Below are positions 49,901 through 64,000 of a stretch of 64,000 bases of DNA, one piece after another. Under the pieces are notes generated by a model. That model ran no database searches. It was not told the origin of the DNA and worked only from the letters and a program-made list of their open reading frames with translations. Made by a program: the position numbers and the translations under genes. The DNA lies in the NCBI GenBank assembly GCA_013265495.1, contig MU058636.1, forward strand, positions 8,329,425 to 8,393,424, in the 5' to 3' direction. The stretch's first letter is position 1, and every line of letters begins with the position of its first letter. The stretch is from Vicugna vicugna. Its lineage: Eukaryota.

Positions 49901-51729
49901 CTTAAACAGAGAGGTGCTGGTAATGGAACAAAAGACTTACGCAGAGGTGCAGAGACTCATTACGGGCACTGGGAACATGGGAGAGGAGTCTGGTCAGGAA
50001 CAGTGCTGAGCAGCAAAGACTGCACTGGGTCAAAAACCCGCTGCTTGTGGTGGCACCAGATACACAGCCTATGATGATTCCAGGTGCACTCAGCACTCAG
50101 CACCCCAGGTTGGGGAGCAGAGGTGTGCATTCAAAATACATAATTTTGCTTATCTATAAATAGTGAAAAATTAACCCATGGTTTTGACCCTCCATTCTGC
50201 TGAGTTTGTGTATAACTGACTTCCTGTCCTCCCTAGGGTTAATAATCCCGCGTCAGTCTACACCGGTGGTTCCTGCGGTGTCTCCCATCCCTCCTGCAGG
50301 CCTTGGTTATCGTCTCTCTGATGCTTCTGTGAGATTCTTGGGCCTGCTCTCTGTCCCGTCCTTGACCCCTTCTCCTTCCCTACATCTGGAAGAATTCCTT
50401 TTTTGTTTGTTCTGTGTGTACGTATGTATAATACCAATTAACGAAGATTAATGTCTCAAAATATACCCAAATTCATCTGTAATTATAGTAAAGCATTTAC
50501 TGTGGGAGTATTACCAGGGGAACCAAGAAAACTTTAAGAGCCAAACAAAAGTTCTAAAGGAATGTGATGTTTAAGTGGATCCCATCCATCTTCCTTGTTT
50601 AAAATCTTTCAATGTCTAGTTATCGTCCAGGCTACAGGATGAACTCTGTAGCTCTGGAGCTTAGCTGACAAGGTTAATTTTCGTGCACCCTCTGGTTAGC
50701 AGTGTATTTAAACTGTAGTAGGCATTTGACATGGTGTGAAAATTTAGTTTTAACTTTAAGAATATATTTGTGAACACATTTTTAAATGTTTTCTTTCCCT
50801 CTCTCTAAATTTCATCTTTTGCGTTTGGTTGACTTTATTTGGTTTCCGGTTTTATGGGCCTGGTCAGTTAGAGACATGATTGTTTTTGTTTCTTAAGGCA
50901 CAAATTGCCAAGTGTTACAACAAGTGGTCAATGTTCTGCAGAAGAAAAAAGTTCTATTAATACAGTGTTTTTATATCTACAGATTAGAATTTGAGATACA
51001 GTGTTGCAAAATTTTCAAAGTAGAACAATATTTATTTTAGCCCAAACATCTGTAGGACTGCGGAGGAGGTGTTAGTTGGATATTAGTGTGGCCTGGGATT
51101 CTGACACGACTCATTTTGGTCTCTGGCTTGAACAAGGAGACATTTCTAAAGGAGGCTCTGGATGACAAGCCATCCATTCATCTCTAAAAAAAATAGACCT
51201 CTCCTTACGCTATGTACACAGCATGTTGTAGACCCTCCAGTTCTGATAACGCTGGAGTTTAATTTTGTTCAGATAACTTTTGGTTCTAAAGCAGGGTGAG
51301 TAAATTAAACTACTTTCCAGATCACCTATGATCATTTCATGTGGGCAAATTTTTACAAGTAAAACCTCTTTAATTGAGAGAAAGACCGTCTGAATTAGAA
51401 AACTCCATGTCAATCTCAGCACTTCGAGGAGACGTTTAGAGTCAGTAGACGAATCCCGTGTTGCTTTGAAGAATTCCCTGGATTAATCGTTCCCTCTATG
51501 GACATGTATCAAGCAAATGTGTCACTCTTTACTGCTTTTCAAGGCATATACACTCACATATTTTAATTAAACTTATATGTGTGTGTGTATCTATATATTC
51601 ATACATATAATCAACTATATTCTCAGGATAGTATATACTTGAATGGTTTGTCTTTAATACAATTTTATATAAATCAATATTTTAAATAGTCCTCATAAAA
51701 TGCCATTTTTATTCAAGTTTTTGTTCACA

Positions 51730-51875
51730 GTTTTTTTAATTTGCAAACTATTTTTTAGAGCAGTTTCAGGTTCACAGCAGAATTGAGCAGAAATTACAGA
51801 GAATTTGCACGTAGCCCACCCCACCCACCTCAACATCCCTCATCAGTGTGGCATATTTGGTACAATTTATGAATC
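51730..51875 (-). mobile_element. L1MC-type extreme 3' fragment
   Basis: ttttagagcagtttcaggttcacagcagaattgagcagaaattacagaga, homologous to the 3' end of the element at 16.8 kb. Confidence 0.75.
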
Positions 51876-52526
51876 GAGTTTTTGTGTACATTTAAATTTT
51901 TTTTCCTAACAGCATCACATGGCTGAGGAAGAAATTATACTAGGAGTAGGAGAGAGGTCAACTCTAGCATTTTGTTTTTGTTTCTTTGTGCCTACAGTAC
52001 CAGGAGCATTTTTAAAGCCTTTTTTCCATTTAGAGTACTTGCGTAAGTGAGGAAAGGTAGTGGTGTCCGTAAACCATCTATCTTCAGCCCCTCTAAACAG
52101 CGATGCATTTCAACACGAATGAATGAGAGTCTTGCTGTCACTTCCCCCTGGATGCAGCTTCTATAGCTGCTGACTTGACCGTTTGTCAGTCATATGAACA
52201 GAGTGAAGGTGCAGGTATCAGTCCATGTTATATAACTCTCAGTAAATCTGGAGTTTTTCTTTCCTTTTTCAAATTAAAAAAATAAAACAAGTTTTCAGAT
52301 ATCTTTCCTGTCTTCCCAATAGATAGTATCACCCATTTCAGGGTCTATTTTTTTTCCAATTTTGAGACCATACCACAGGTATTATTTCAAATATAAAATT
52401 ACATTGTAATGTTTAATATTCTTTTTCAAAGTACGTTTCTTTCTGCCTCTCAACGCATTCTCCCCCCATTCTGGCTGCACTTCGTTCTGGGGATTGGGCG
52501 GCCACACTCCCTACCATTCTCTCACG

Positions 52527-52740
52527 TAGTGGTTCTCAACTGGAGGGGCTTAGTACCCCTCAGGGATCCTTTGGCAATGTCCAGAGATAGTTTTGGTTGT
52601 CACTGTGGAGAAGGAGGTTGGCCTCTAGCTGGTAGAGGCCAGAGATACTGATAAACATCCTGCAATGTATAGGACAGCTCCCCAGAATAAAGAATTATCT
52701 GGCCCCTAATGGCTAAAGTACCACAGTTGAAAAATTCCAG
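52527..52740 (+). mobile_element. MER20 hAT-Charlie DNA transposon
   Basis: agtggttctcaac...tttggcaatgtccagagatagttttggttgtcac...ggtagaggccagagatactgataaacatcctgcaatg...aaagaattatctggccc. Confidence 0.9.
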
Positions 52741-52904
52741 GTAGGTAGGAGCTAGATAATGCAGTCTTTGCCTCCTTAGGAAGACGCCTGAGCAAAAGGA
52801 CTGTAAGAGAGGATGGATTCTATTAGGTCCCAATATAAATCTGAAATACCTGTAAGAACTATCACCAGAACGTTGTTTTGAATTTAATATACTGAAATAC
52901 AATT

Positions 52905-54070
52905 TTATTTATTTAAATATAATTTTTATTATCAAAATTATACCCAGGTTTTAGAAAGGCAAACAGTTCTACAAGACTCTTCATACAGAATGACTCTCTT
53001 GACTTCTCCCCACTGCCAGTTTTCACTCTACAGAGACACTCTATCTCAACCGATCTAATGGATTCTTTTGGCTCTTGAATCCATATTACTAAGTAATGTT
53101 CCAAAACTGTTATTTGCTGACTTTTTTGGCTTGAGACAGTTCATGATTTCATGCAACAGAAGATGAGGATTAAGTTCTAATAACACAGCCTTCCTCCTTC
53201 TCTCATGTATGTGCTTTTTCTTTCTCACATTCTCTGAAGCAGTTCCATTCTAATTTTTATTAGATTGATGTTCATAGTGTATAATAGAATGGGTATGTAA
53301 CTACACTTCAGAGTTAAACTGTTGACCATGATCACCTGTTTTGAACAAAAATTTATGTTCCATAGAATTATTAATTGTCTGTTTTTCTTAGCTCAGTATT
53401 ATCTGCACAGATTAATCTACAAGTTCTCTAACAGAAGTGTGACTCTCTTCTATGTTCAGGCACATGAGACATTTAATTTATTTCATCCTTTTAAAGAAGA
53501 GGTCCTATCCGGAGCCCTGACCCTTCTACATCAATCTAAGCAGGCTGTTATTCTCCTGTTGTAGACCCACTGAAGGGCTATTACCTAGAACTTCCTTCAC
53601 CATCACCTGGGACATCCCTTACCTCTCTTTCTATGTCTTCCTCTTCCTTGGCTAATTTGTTTGTATGATATATTATCTAGTAACTTTCTGAAAAGTACAT
53701 AGGAGGAAAATATTTTAAACATTTGCATACCCCTAGATATCATTATTTTTCCTTGCAATTGATGGATGATTTGACAGGGTATAGCTTTTTGGGTTGAAAG
53801 ACATTAAACTGCTGATAGTGAAGTCCCTGATCCGTGGTCTTCTGGATCCTGCTGTCTTTCCAAATCTGGGCTTTCATGTCCCATGTCTTTCTGGGTTTTG
53901 ATGACACAGGCAGTCTGCTCCTAGGCTGTCCCGATTCGCGGCATTCACGGTTCTCTGATAGACTAGGCAGGTTACTACTGTTCCAGAGGTTTCACGGCTT
54001 CCAGCTGTTGCTGACATCTCCTGTGCTATTGCCCGTATCATGTGTCTTCCACAAAGTTATCATTTGGCAA
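52905..54070 (-). mobile_element. Very old L1ME/HAL1-like remnant
   Basis: T-rich block beginning tttattatcaaaattatac...ggcaaacagttctacaag; general resemblance only. Confidence 0.35.
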
Positions 54071-54209
54071 GGACAAGATGGACTCAAGAAACAGTAGAGA
54101 AGCCATGAAGATGAAAGAAATTTGAGGTTTTCCAGAGGAAAGGCTCTGCCCCGATCCCAGAATATGACTTCGGTGCAATAAGTCTGTCAAGTTCCCCAAT
54201 AGGAGATAA

Positions 54210-54365
54210 GCTAACATGCTCTAGACACTCAGTGCTGTGTTCTTCATATACATGATGTCATTTAATCTCTCCAATAATTTCAAGGTAAGATATGGGAGCA
54301 CAGAGAGATTTATCAACTTACCTCAAGAAAAAAAGTGCCAGAAATTGGATGCAGAACCCTTCCCT
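54210..54365 (-). mobile_element. MIR fragment
   Basis: tgtcatttaatctctccaataat...gcacagagagatttatcaacttacctcaag...gcagaaccc. Confidence 0.6.
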
Positions 54366-55454
54366 GAAGGACTAGTGGTAAAGCTTCCCAGCATAAACAG
54401 AAACGCGAAGTCTGAGCACAGAAATGAAGTCCTAGCTCTGTCTGCAGAGTCATGACTCACGTGTGTTCTGACTGGTGCCCCAGGGACTTCTGTACCTTCA
54501 TCCATTGTTCCTGCTGATTGAGAATTTCTTAATACCAGCTATTTCTCTCCTTAGCTTCACAGACTAGATAAATTTCTATTCGACGAACTTCTTGAGTTAG
54601 CACAGAATCTTTTTTAGAAAAATGCTCGATAAATGTTACTTTTTCTTTACTACAGTAATAATTTTCTGTGGCACCAGTAGTGGTAAAGTTAGGGAATGTG
54701 TCCATTAGATAGCATGTTATTACTTTCCCCTGTTCCCTCCAGATCACTGGATATGGACCTAAATTCCCATTATCAGCCATCAGCTGTGTAAGTGATGTTT
54801 CTTGGAGGAAACTTTCATGAAGTAGGGAAAGAAAAATCACAGACTATAAGATCATCAGACGAGCAAGGCAGTGAAAAATCCGAATCTTCATTTTGGAGTA
54901 AAGATGATGTCTGAGGAATACAGTAAAAAAATTCTTCACTATGGGCAGAGAAGTTGGGAGAAATTCGTGTGATAAGGTTGCCTTATCATGCTAGACACCA
55001 ACCTAAATCTGTAGTTGGCAAGTACATATCAAATACACTTAATAAAGAGCCATAATTCACAAAACACTGTGCTAGGCATTGAGGAGCAGTAAATAAAGGT
55101 TCATATAAAGATGGTACCCTCTGCCTTTAAGATGAGATTACCTGAAAAGGAGTTTGGGGGTAAAGGAAAGCATGTAAACTGAATAAGGAGTTAGAAAGCA
55201 GGCAGCTTAGTTTTTCCAGGGAAACAGCGGTGGTAACCTGTGTAAACGCTACTTCTCATTATGATAAAAGAAAGTATTTCAGTGTATTTGGAATTATGAC
55301 TGTGACTTTGAGTTGAATACATACAGAATCACAATTACAGAGAAAAAATTATTGTCTTTACTTCACTATCTCATTGTGAGTGAGGAAGGATCCAAGGTAT
55401 CTTGAAAAGAGCAAGTTATGTATTCATTCGTTTGTTAGTGCGCATACTTACCTG

Positions 55455-55600
55455 ATTATCCATCCATTCATTATTCCAAAATTTATTGAGCACCTACTAC
55501 CTGCCATGTTTTATTCTAAATGTGAAGGATACAAAGGATATTCATATATCATGTTTATTGTCTTGAAAAAATTTGCAATCTACTTAGGAGTGATTCACAA
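55455..55600 (-). mobile_element. L2 3'-end fragment
   Basis: catccattcatt...atttattgagcacctacta...gccatg...ggatacaaag. Confidence 0.6.
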
Positions 55601-56244
55601 TTTACCTGAAGTAAGAACAAGGCCAGGCCTTGCAATGGGGACCAGCAGTGGTCCCAGCCACTTCCACTCCCTGGAGTTATCTATAGCAGATGTGTTTTTC
55701 CAGCATTGTTATTCTAATCTTCAGGACACCAAAGACTTTCTTCCTTATAAAGTCAATTTTAGAGCAGAAATAATCCTTGGAGAATTAAGTTTAGATACAT
55801 TAAGATAATTGCCAGCTAATTTTAATGATGTAACCAAATTTTGGGAAAAAAATTGATTAGATGGCTCAAAATAAAAATAGAAACCAACATAGACATTCAG
55901 AGGAGGGCACAAGGGAACTAACAGAACAGGTAAAGATACCAATTAATTTGTGATATATTTCTGCGTGAAGAAGAAAATGACAAAAGCCAAAGATAAATGA
56001 TGGTGTCACCAGATAGAAAAAATAATTAAAGTAATTAAAATGCTACATTAGAGGTATTATTAGTGTCAGGAAGAAGTTTTAGTTCATAGTACATTATAAT
56101 GTGAAAAAAGAATTATAAAAGGTGCCACATTATGATTATCTGTCCAAAAATGTATGAACCCTGAACAGTTGGATACATTTATGGTTAACGTTGTAAAATT
56201 TTTCTTTTATTATTTAGAGCATGTGCTACTCTGTAGTTTCCTCC

Positions 56245-56430
56245 CATTTTAAAGTTTTTAATTGAAGTAAGGTGGGATATACAAATCTATGCAAATCATA
56301 CATGTTTAGCTTGATGGCTTTTCACAAGTTGAACATACCAATGAACGCAGCATCCAAATTAAGAGACAGAACGTTAACAATACCTTAGAAGCAATCCACC
56401 CCGATCACCTCCTTCCATTCATTCCTTTGT
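56245..56430 (-). mobile_element. Old L1M 3'-end fragment
   Basis: tttttaattgaagta...agcttgatggcttttcacaagttgaacatacc...ccaaattaagagacagaac. Confidence 0.65.
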
Positions 56431-57394
56431 AATAATTTAAAGGTATTAACGTCGTCATAGGTAGAGCCTGTGTGAACATATGGTATGTTAACATGCAAAT
56501 CTCTGTACTCGCTTTGTGGTTATACTCATAAATGTGCAGTATGCCAAGTTCCAATTAGTAAGTTAAATCAGAATTTGTGAATGTATTTTGTAAACCCTAC
56601 ATACATAGTGCAAATGCTAGTAATTATTACTTTACGCTTCTCTGATCTCATAAGTAAAGACCATTAACTGACTTTGCTTATGATTTTTGTTCTTAATTTT
56701 TGAGTTAACTGATATTTATTTGCCCACTTTCAGGTTGATTATGTTCTTCATAGAATCTAACAGAATGCAATTCAAGGCTCCTAATATGATGGCTTTCTCC
56801 TGTTCCAACACAGTGACCGAAGATTTGGTCATTTTTGTCTAAGTGGATGACTAGGTTGGAAGGATCACAATTTAGTTTGGATACTCTTAAATAATCTGTG
56901 CTTGACAGCTTCCCAAACCGGTCAAGTCAGAGACCAAATCCCAATGAGACTGTGCACACATGTAAATGATATTTGTAAATGATTTCAGAGTTAATGGATA
57001 CGAATTTCATAACAGTCTCTCAGCTGGGGAACTAGCCTTCTGGATGGATGCCAGTTTTAACCCAGTAATTGCCTCTCCAGATTTCTCCCAAGTCCTCTAA
57101 GGGCAGAGTTTTTTCAAAACTGGAAGACAGCCATACATTATTTGAAATTATGATTCTCAAAATTTGAATGAATAAAATACAACTGAAGTAAGTTATGCCA
57201 ATTTTGAAAGTGTATTAAATTATTATATATGGTAAACATGAAAGGAAGTCAGTTATGGGAGGATTGAAGACATTGACCACCAACAGATAAACAAGCATAT
57301 CTTTTTTTTTTCTTCTTTACTAAAAAAATTAGTATTAACTTATAAACTCTGTGGCCACGTTTGTATCAAAGAAGAAAGCTTCCACAGATCTAGG

Positions 57395-57715
57395 AGGCTT
57401 TAGAAAGAATGAAGTAACCCTATATATACACCAATATGGAAGATGTTCAAAATATATTACCATTTCAAAAAAAATTGGTATAAGAAATAAGATTAATATG
57501 CTACTTTTGATGTATAGAATGAACAGATGGGTGATAGGTAGACAGATACATGGATAGACATACATATGCTCATATATGCATAGCATATTTTTTTAAGAAA
57601 ACACAGGAAACTGAAAAGAATGGGTAGATTTAGGAAGGAGGTTCAGTTTTTAAAAAGGTAGTCTTTTGTACTTTGTGTTTTATGCCATGTATGTTCATTA
57701 CCTTTATAAAACCAT
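57395..57715 (+). mobile_element. L1ME-type 3'-UTR fragment
   Basis: aaagaatgaagta...tatatacaccaatatggaagatgttcaaaatatatt...acacaggaaactg...ttttgtactttg...ccatgtatgt. Confidence 0.6.
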
Positions 57716-59099
57716 ATTTTGGGGGAAAAAAAACACAGAATACTCTGTGCTCTAGAACTTAAGACCCTGAGAACAAAACCAACCTATAAACTATTGACTT
57801 AAAATTTAAACCTTACTTCTCAATGAAGTTGTCATCTTTTCTTTTTGTCTGTGACCAGCCACTCATGTTGTAGGAGTGATAGAATCAAGTATATGAAAAG
57901 TCAATGGACTCAGTTAATGAATGTGCTTTGGACCCACAATAAGTTTTGTTTTGTTTCAATTAATGTCAAAGCCTGCATACAAAGATCAATAAATAATTAC
58001 TTAATCAGTTTCTAATTGTTTGACACATATTATGTTACAAAAAGCAATGGTCAGTATTTCCGTGTCCTATAGGCTTTGTTCTGGATTACTCCATGGTGAA
58101 AACTTTGGTACTGGTCTTTGATGCTTGGTATTCTGCTATATAAGAGTTCCTGTTTCACACAGTCAAACTTATTTTTTCAGAAATTTTATTTACTATTTCT
58201 GAATTATTTATGTATAACCCAAAGAAGATTCGTTGAAGATAAATTATCTAAGCTAAACAAAAATTTAATATTTAAAGGTCACTAAAGTGAAATACAATCA
58301 GAAGGGGTGTTTATTTGAGTTTTAATGTAATTCTAATTTTGAGCTGTTGGTTTTGTGTAGTAGAGACTATATTTTTAACAGATGCCCTGAACTCCATGAT
58401 GTTGTTTTTCTCCTTTCTAGTAGAGGATAAATTCAGTTATCTTCAACTTAACTGAATATTTCTGAATGATCTTTTACTTTATATTATGTACATGCTCTCC
58501 TAATTTATGCGAAATTGTTAATGCTTTCTACTTGCTCACTCACTCTTGTGAACCTTATTTTTCTGCATCATTGAGTTCTCATTTTTATCTGGTTTCTCAT
58601 TCAGCTCTTGGTTTTATTTCAATTTTATAAAATATTTTTTAACTTTGCCTCTCTAGTACTGTCAACTCTCATACACACAAATTTTCTCTTATTCTTCCTA
58701 TCTTGATTCCTAAAATTACACAGTAAATCTTTCTGGTAGTTGTTAGCTGATTTAAAAAAAATCACAATAGCTTTGGGATTGTTTCTAGTATAAATATGTG
58801 CTCCAAACTGGAAAGGAATTGCCCACAACAGAGGGTATGTACAGGCATCCTTTTAAGGGGGAAATATAAGAATCTTGAAGGCGGGTGTGACGTATTTGAC
58901 CAAATGTAATTCAATATTCAGAGCACTAAAAATTGACAAACTTTTATTAGCTTGTTTTGGTAATAAAATTAGAGTCAAGTTCAACAAAATTTTAAAGCTT
59001 ACAAAGCAGGTGGAGAATTTCCCCCTCTGGGTGAGAAGCAGTTAATGGCAAATAAATGTTTCCAGTAAAACAGGAAAAAAACTGGATAAATAACATAAA

Positions 59100-60830
59100 T
59101 CATATCCACAGAGAGCCTGAGAAGGACAAAAGAGAAGTTCCTGTTTCCCCAGCCCTGGGGACATTTGCTGATTCCTTGGAAAAGCTAATGATTGGATTTA
59201 ATTCTGACAGAAAGCTTCTGTTAGGGAGCAGGAAGCTTACGTAGCAATTGTAGTGGTCATGCTAAGCCACCGTGACAATTTGGAAATGAGACATAGTCAG
59301 GGGACACTTCCCGACTCTGGCGCTCCATAGAAGGCTGAGGAATTGGGACTAGCCTTCTGTAAAGGCAGAATGAATTCTCCAACAGTTTTGTATAGTTTTA
59401 GAAGGCCAACCCTCTGAGGGAGAAGAGGCCAGCTGAATCTTTACCTCAAGATACTTGCCAGACTTCGAAGTCGTATTGGCAAGAAGTTGGAAAACTGGGC
59501 TGGAAAACTTAAATAGTCGACTAATTTTGAAGTTCAAATATTACCTTCTAATATTAAACTAAATTTTGTTTTAATACTGAATATTATTTGTAAGAATCTT
59601 TTGCAGAATTTCAAGACTGATGAGATAATACTTTCCAAGTTTTCCATCCAAAGCCAAGAACATATATGCTAGAAAGACAGAGTTGACCCAGGAGCAGATA
59701 GATTCAAATTAAATCTCTAAGGAAATCTAGAACAAGCTTATTCTGAGGCTTAATTGATATGATTAGCAACTTAGACCATTTGCCTAACAGAGGGAAAGGG
59801 CAACATTCTGGTAGAAGGTAACATTTTCTGTAGTCTCATGTTCTTTCGCACATAGTATTTAGCCTGCAATCAAACATTTATAGCAATCAGAGTTACAAAA
59901 AAAATGACTATAAATGAAAATAGAAAGTAACTGACAATAAAGTCACTGTTAATCTAGATACTGTTGTTCACAGCCAATGACTTCAAAACATCTGTGATTA
60001 ATATGTTCAAGGAAACAGAGGAGAAGTTGGACAAAATAGATGGAAGTATAAAAATGGCATCTCAATATTATCTGTAGACCGAATCAAATTGATATTTTGC
60101 AACTGCAAAAATGTGACAGCTAAAGTTAACAGCCTAATAGATGAGCTTACCAGCAGATTACATGCAGTAGCAGACATGATTAGTAAAGAGAAAAAGAGGC
60201 CAATGGAACACATCTGAATTGAAGCACAGAGGGTACAAAGCATGGAAACAGCTGAACAGAGCAACAGTGTCCAACACAGGAGAATCACATAACATACATT
60301 CACTTGAAGTCCCAATAAAAGAAAGAATAAGATAGAAGCAATAATGAAGAGTTAACAGCCAAGAAGAAATTGAAAACCAATGACAGATACTGATGCCTAT
60401 TCAAAAATCCCAGAGAACCCAGAGTTAATAAAAAGATAATCACACCTGAACATAGAGTAATCAAACTGTTGAAAACCAAAATCATAAAATTCTAAAAGCA
60501 GTCAGAAAAAAAATAAAAAGACACATTACTATCAAAGGAACAAAACTGCTAACTTCTCAACAGAAATATTGGAAACCAGAAGGTAATATATTGACATATT
60601 TAGTTGCTGAAAGAAAACAGAAAAGAAAAGAAAGAAATCCATATGCTCTGGTCACAACTAATTACCAAATTATAATTCTATACCCTGCCAAGATGTCTTT
60701 CAAAAATGAAGAAGACATAAAGCATTTTCAGACCAAAAACTGAAAGACTATGTCAACATCCATCCTAAACCAAATTAAAAAAGCTAAAGGGATTTTTTTT
60801 TTCAGGTAGAATTAAATTGACTGACAACTA
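59100..60830 (+). mobile_element. Old L1 5' region with degraded ORF1
   Basis: A-rich strand with ORF1-like phrases: cagcagatta...attagtaaa; atcaaactgttgaaaaccaaa; aaattctaaaagcagtcaga; aacttctcaacagaaa; attctataccctgccaagatgtctttcaaaaatgaa (ILYPAKMSFKNE); left boundary uncertain. Confidence 0.75.
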
Positions 60831-63379
60831 TAATGCAGAAGTTCAAAGTATAGGTAAATAGAGCTGAAAGGTTCTAAGATTTTAGCAGAAGTAAGAAATT
60901 GTCATTATCCCTGAGATTATTCTAAACCTGTTATTCTCCTTCAACACCCTGACTCTTAAATCCGCGGCAGTAGACGAATTTGTTTTCTATTCACAAAGAA
61001 TATTCTGGCTTTTTCATCTGGGTAAGATACTCACTATCAAATTATAGACTTTTACAAAAGTACCCATTTTTCTTTAGAAATGGAATGTGGAAGAGATGCA
61101 TTCTTCATACGGAAGTATCTTATGAACTTCTGAATTGTAAACTCTTACTAGGTTTTGTTTCTTTACCCTTTGTTAAAAACCAGACATTCCCCAAACTGGT
61201 GTTTACTTCCTTGATGTAGTTTCTAGACTTCTCACATTTTTGTGTTTGTTTTCTCATTGGTATATTACTAAAGCACTGATGGCTGTTGATATAAAACAAA
61301 TATTTCAAAATGCATACATGATTAGAGGAAATTATTAGCAAAATTATTTTCTGAATTTAATTTTAATAAATTTCCTTTCCCTAATTTCCTTCCAGGAATA
61401 AATAAAAACTAATTTCAATATGTTTACTGTATTTCTTGACATGCAAATTACATTTTGAAAGGAAGCTTTATTTTTTGCTGCTTATGAAATAATATCTCAT
61501 TGTGGTTGCAGTTGAGAATTCTGTCTTAAATGTGATCAAGATGACACAGCTGTTTTGAGAAGAATCATAAATTAGGTCCCTCGATTCATTTCTCATTTAG
61601 CCGTGAGCCTGACTAAGGAATAAGATGAGAACTGGGTATATGTTGTGACAATGGGGTAAGATGCGGGAAGGCTTAGCTACCTTGGAGGCAGAGGGAGACC
61701 AGCAAACGAGAAGGCCTCAAGGATGTGGGGAGGACAAGAGATGGATTCATTTAGACATTTTAGAAGTGGGAAAGCAGGAGACATAAAAATCGATTGGCTT
61801 CAATTTAAAAATTGTAGCTCTAGAATTGTATTGTCCAAAAGGTACTAAAATTTCTAAGTATTTCACTAGGTGTTAGATTCTAAGTTTCCCTCTAGCAAGA
61901 TACACATCCTTTTAGAAACCAGCTACTCAGCAAACGTGTATCATGAGGGTAATTCCGAAAACACAAGTTTGGGACCTATAAACTAACCAGAAGATAACAG
62001 AAAAAGAAGTAGAATATACTCTTTTCTTTTGCCCCTTTCTTGCAAGCTGAGGTTGAGAAACAAATGCTGAGTGTATCTGCAGCAAGTAGATTATTCTGTT
62101 ACCTGTTGCTTGTTTGAAGGCAACGCAAGGTACGAGTAGATGGCCTGGGAAGGAAAACAGAGGTGAATAGAATGCATATTTTAAAGCCTAAACATTTTTG
62201 AAAATGTACACATCATACTGTGCCAAAAGATGTTTTTGTTATTTTGCCATATTGCTTAAGAAGTGAAATGCTGTAAAATATTTTTATTTTTGATGGTAAG
62301 ATCCAAAAGAATGACACATCAAAATTTGCACTTATCACTTCACTTGGATTAGTCAAACCATAAGAAATAAGTGTTCTTCAAAAAATGTGCAGCCTGTTTT
62401 GAGGAAAATATGGTTATCATTAATGTTACTTTTAATTTCCTTCCAGTCTTCTATCTGGTTCAAGCAGTGAATTTAAAATTTTTGTTTGGTAAGTTTATTG
62501 CAAATGTGCCAAAATTTGACATCTGCAATTCTTAGTATATGCTATGTTAGGAAAAACAAAGTGTTCTTTTAATTAGGTATGATTTCAGACCCATAAGCAA
62601 AACAGTGAAGTAATTTTTTCCATTTGCTTCCCAGGAACGGATGTTCTCCCAGATCAGTAGTTCTCAAGTAGGCTGGCATAATGGGATTAAGATTCAGCTG
62701 AGGACTGTCTGTAAATTGTAAATGCTTCTTTTCCCTCACTAATACTCTATCCAGCTTCCTTCCAGCTATTTTGCCTTATGCTAGTTAAGAACAATTGCCA
62801 GGCAGGATGCTATGCCCTGGGGCCACAAGGTTCAGGAACCTTTGCTCTTGCCTTCAGGGATTTGCTTTTTTCTTCCAATTTTGACGAGAAAACACTGCTA
62901 TGATACAGTGGGATGCATGCTATGGTTGGTAAAATGTACTTGATAGAATCAGAATCTAAAATAAATGGGATAAATAACGCTTACCAGAAGAGGTGACATT
63001 TGAATTGACAGCCGAAAGATGAGAGGCTAATGTAGTAACCCAGATGAGAAATTACGGTAGAAAAGATTCATATCATGAGAGTGGTAATGAAGAAAAGACA
63101 ATGGAAACAAAATAGTGAATTCATCTTTACTTCAACTGGATGTCCAGAACATTTTAAAAAGGTCTTTTAGATACAGTTTTAAGCTGTCTACCTCCCAGAA
63201 AACTTTCATTAATAGTTTGTAACACAAAGCATCTTGTTTCCTGCTATGTAGAATCATTACTGAATCATTCCAATTAAAGAAAAAAAAAGCTTTTTCTTAA
63301 GAAATCACTTCTCTTGATTCCTCAGCCCTCTCCAAGTACTGCCTTGTTTTCTGTTTACTACAAAGACAAATTTGTCAAA

Positions 63380-64000
63380 AAAAAAAGTTGCATATTTCTG
63401 CTGCCTACATTCTTTAACTTTTCATCTTCTTGTCAATCCACTCTTGGCTTCTGCTCCCAATACTGCCCTTGCCAAGGCCCACAGTGACATTTTGTTGGAA
63501 TATTCCACGAGCACACTTCTGCCTTTGTCTTTCTTATTGTCCTACCATTGAGCAATGCTTTCATCCGCTCTGTTCTTGAAACAAGCCTGCTGTGATCTTG
63601 GTTTCTCTCTCCTCTCTGTTGTCACTCTGTCTTAATCTTGTTTCCTAGCCCCCCCACCAACAATCTCTAGCCACTGAAATTCTTCCGTATGCACATCCCT
63701 CCTTTCTTTTCTCTAACTTGTCTCCTAATCTGATCCATTCTATGATTTCAAAAAACAGCAGTGTGACAACACATGCATAGTTTATATCTCCTCTAGCTGA
63801 ACTATCTGCTCTCCAAAGCCTTTGTCCAAGAATCTGTTTGATGTATCCACTTGTATGCTTAGAGATCCCAAGAGTTATCACGTCCAAAATTGATCTTACC
63901 TTTTTTTTCTCCCAGACTTTCCTCTTTTATTAAATGGTACTGTCATCCAGCCAGTTACTCAAGTCAGGAACCTGGGGACCATCCTCGATTCCTTTCTCTC
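63380..64000 (+). mobile_element. L2 LINE (RT region) remnant running off the window end
   Basis: gcccttgccaaggcccacagtgac...atgtatccacttgtatg...gtccaaaattga...ccagttactcaagtcaggaacctggggaccatcctcgattcctttctctc. Confidence 0.75.

Noticed and set aside
55135..55172. Minus-strand recursive splice site (ccttttcag|gtaatc)
   Set aside because: The regenerated donor is weak and no host intron has been established.
1..64000. Six-frame ORFs (60-150 aa) as protein-coding genes
   Set aside because: All are short, many start at non-ATG codons or lie in repeats, and none resembles a cellular protein I recognise. Only 37552-37737 and 37616-37840 carry recognisable peptide, from decayed ERV-L pol.

Overview
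Mammalian, AT-rich, repeat-dense non-coding DNA (large intron or intergenic). It is most likely from a camelid, because it carries two tRNA-Ala-derived SINEs matching the camelid Vic-1 family. No intact protein-coding gene, functional RNA gene, CRISPR array or prokaryote-type system is supported, and the six-frame ORFs look like chance or repeat-derived ORFs. Recognisable content is mostly old interspersed repeats: MIR, L2, L1M fragments, MaLR/ERVL LTRs, MER2/MER20/MER63 and an ERV1-type solo LTR with an intact 4-bp TSD. The most notable structures are: (1) a decayed class III (ERV-L) pro-pol remnant folded into an inverted duplication at about 37.3-37.9 kb; (2) an old L1 3'-UTR fragment inside a perfect 16-bp TSD; (3) a perfect 141-bp tandem duplication, possibly an assembly artefact; (4) a CpG-rich patch bracketed by a 13-bp inverted repeat next to a strong minus-strand splice donor; (5) several candidate small exons. 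Repeat names come from recalled consensus sequences, not a search, so subfamilies and boundaries are approximate. I found no convincing previously undescribed biological system.
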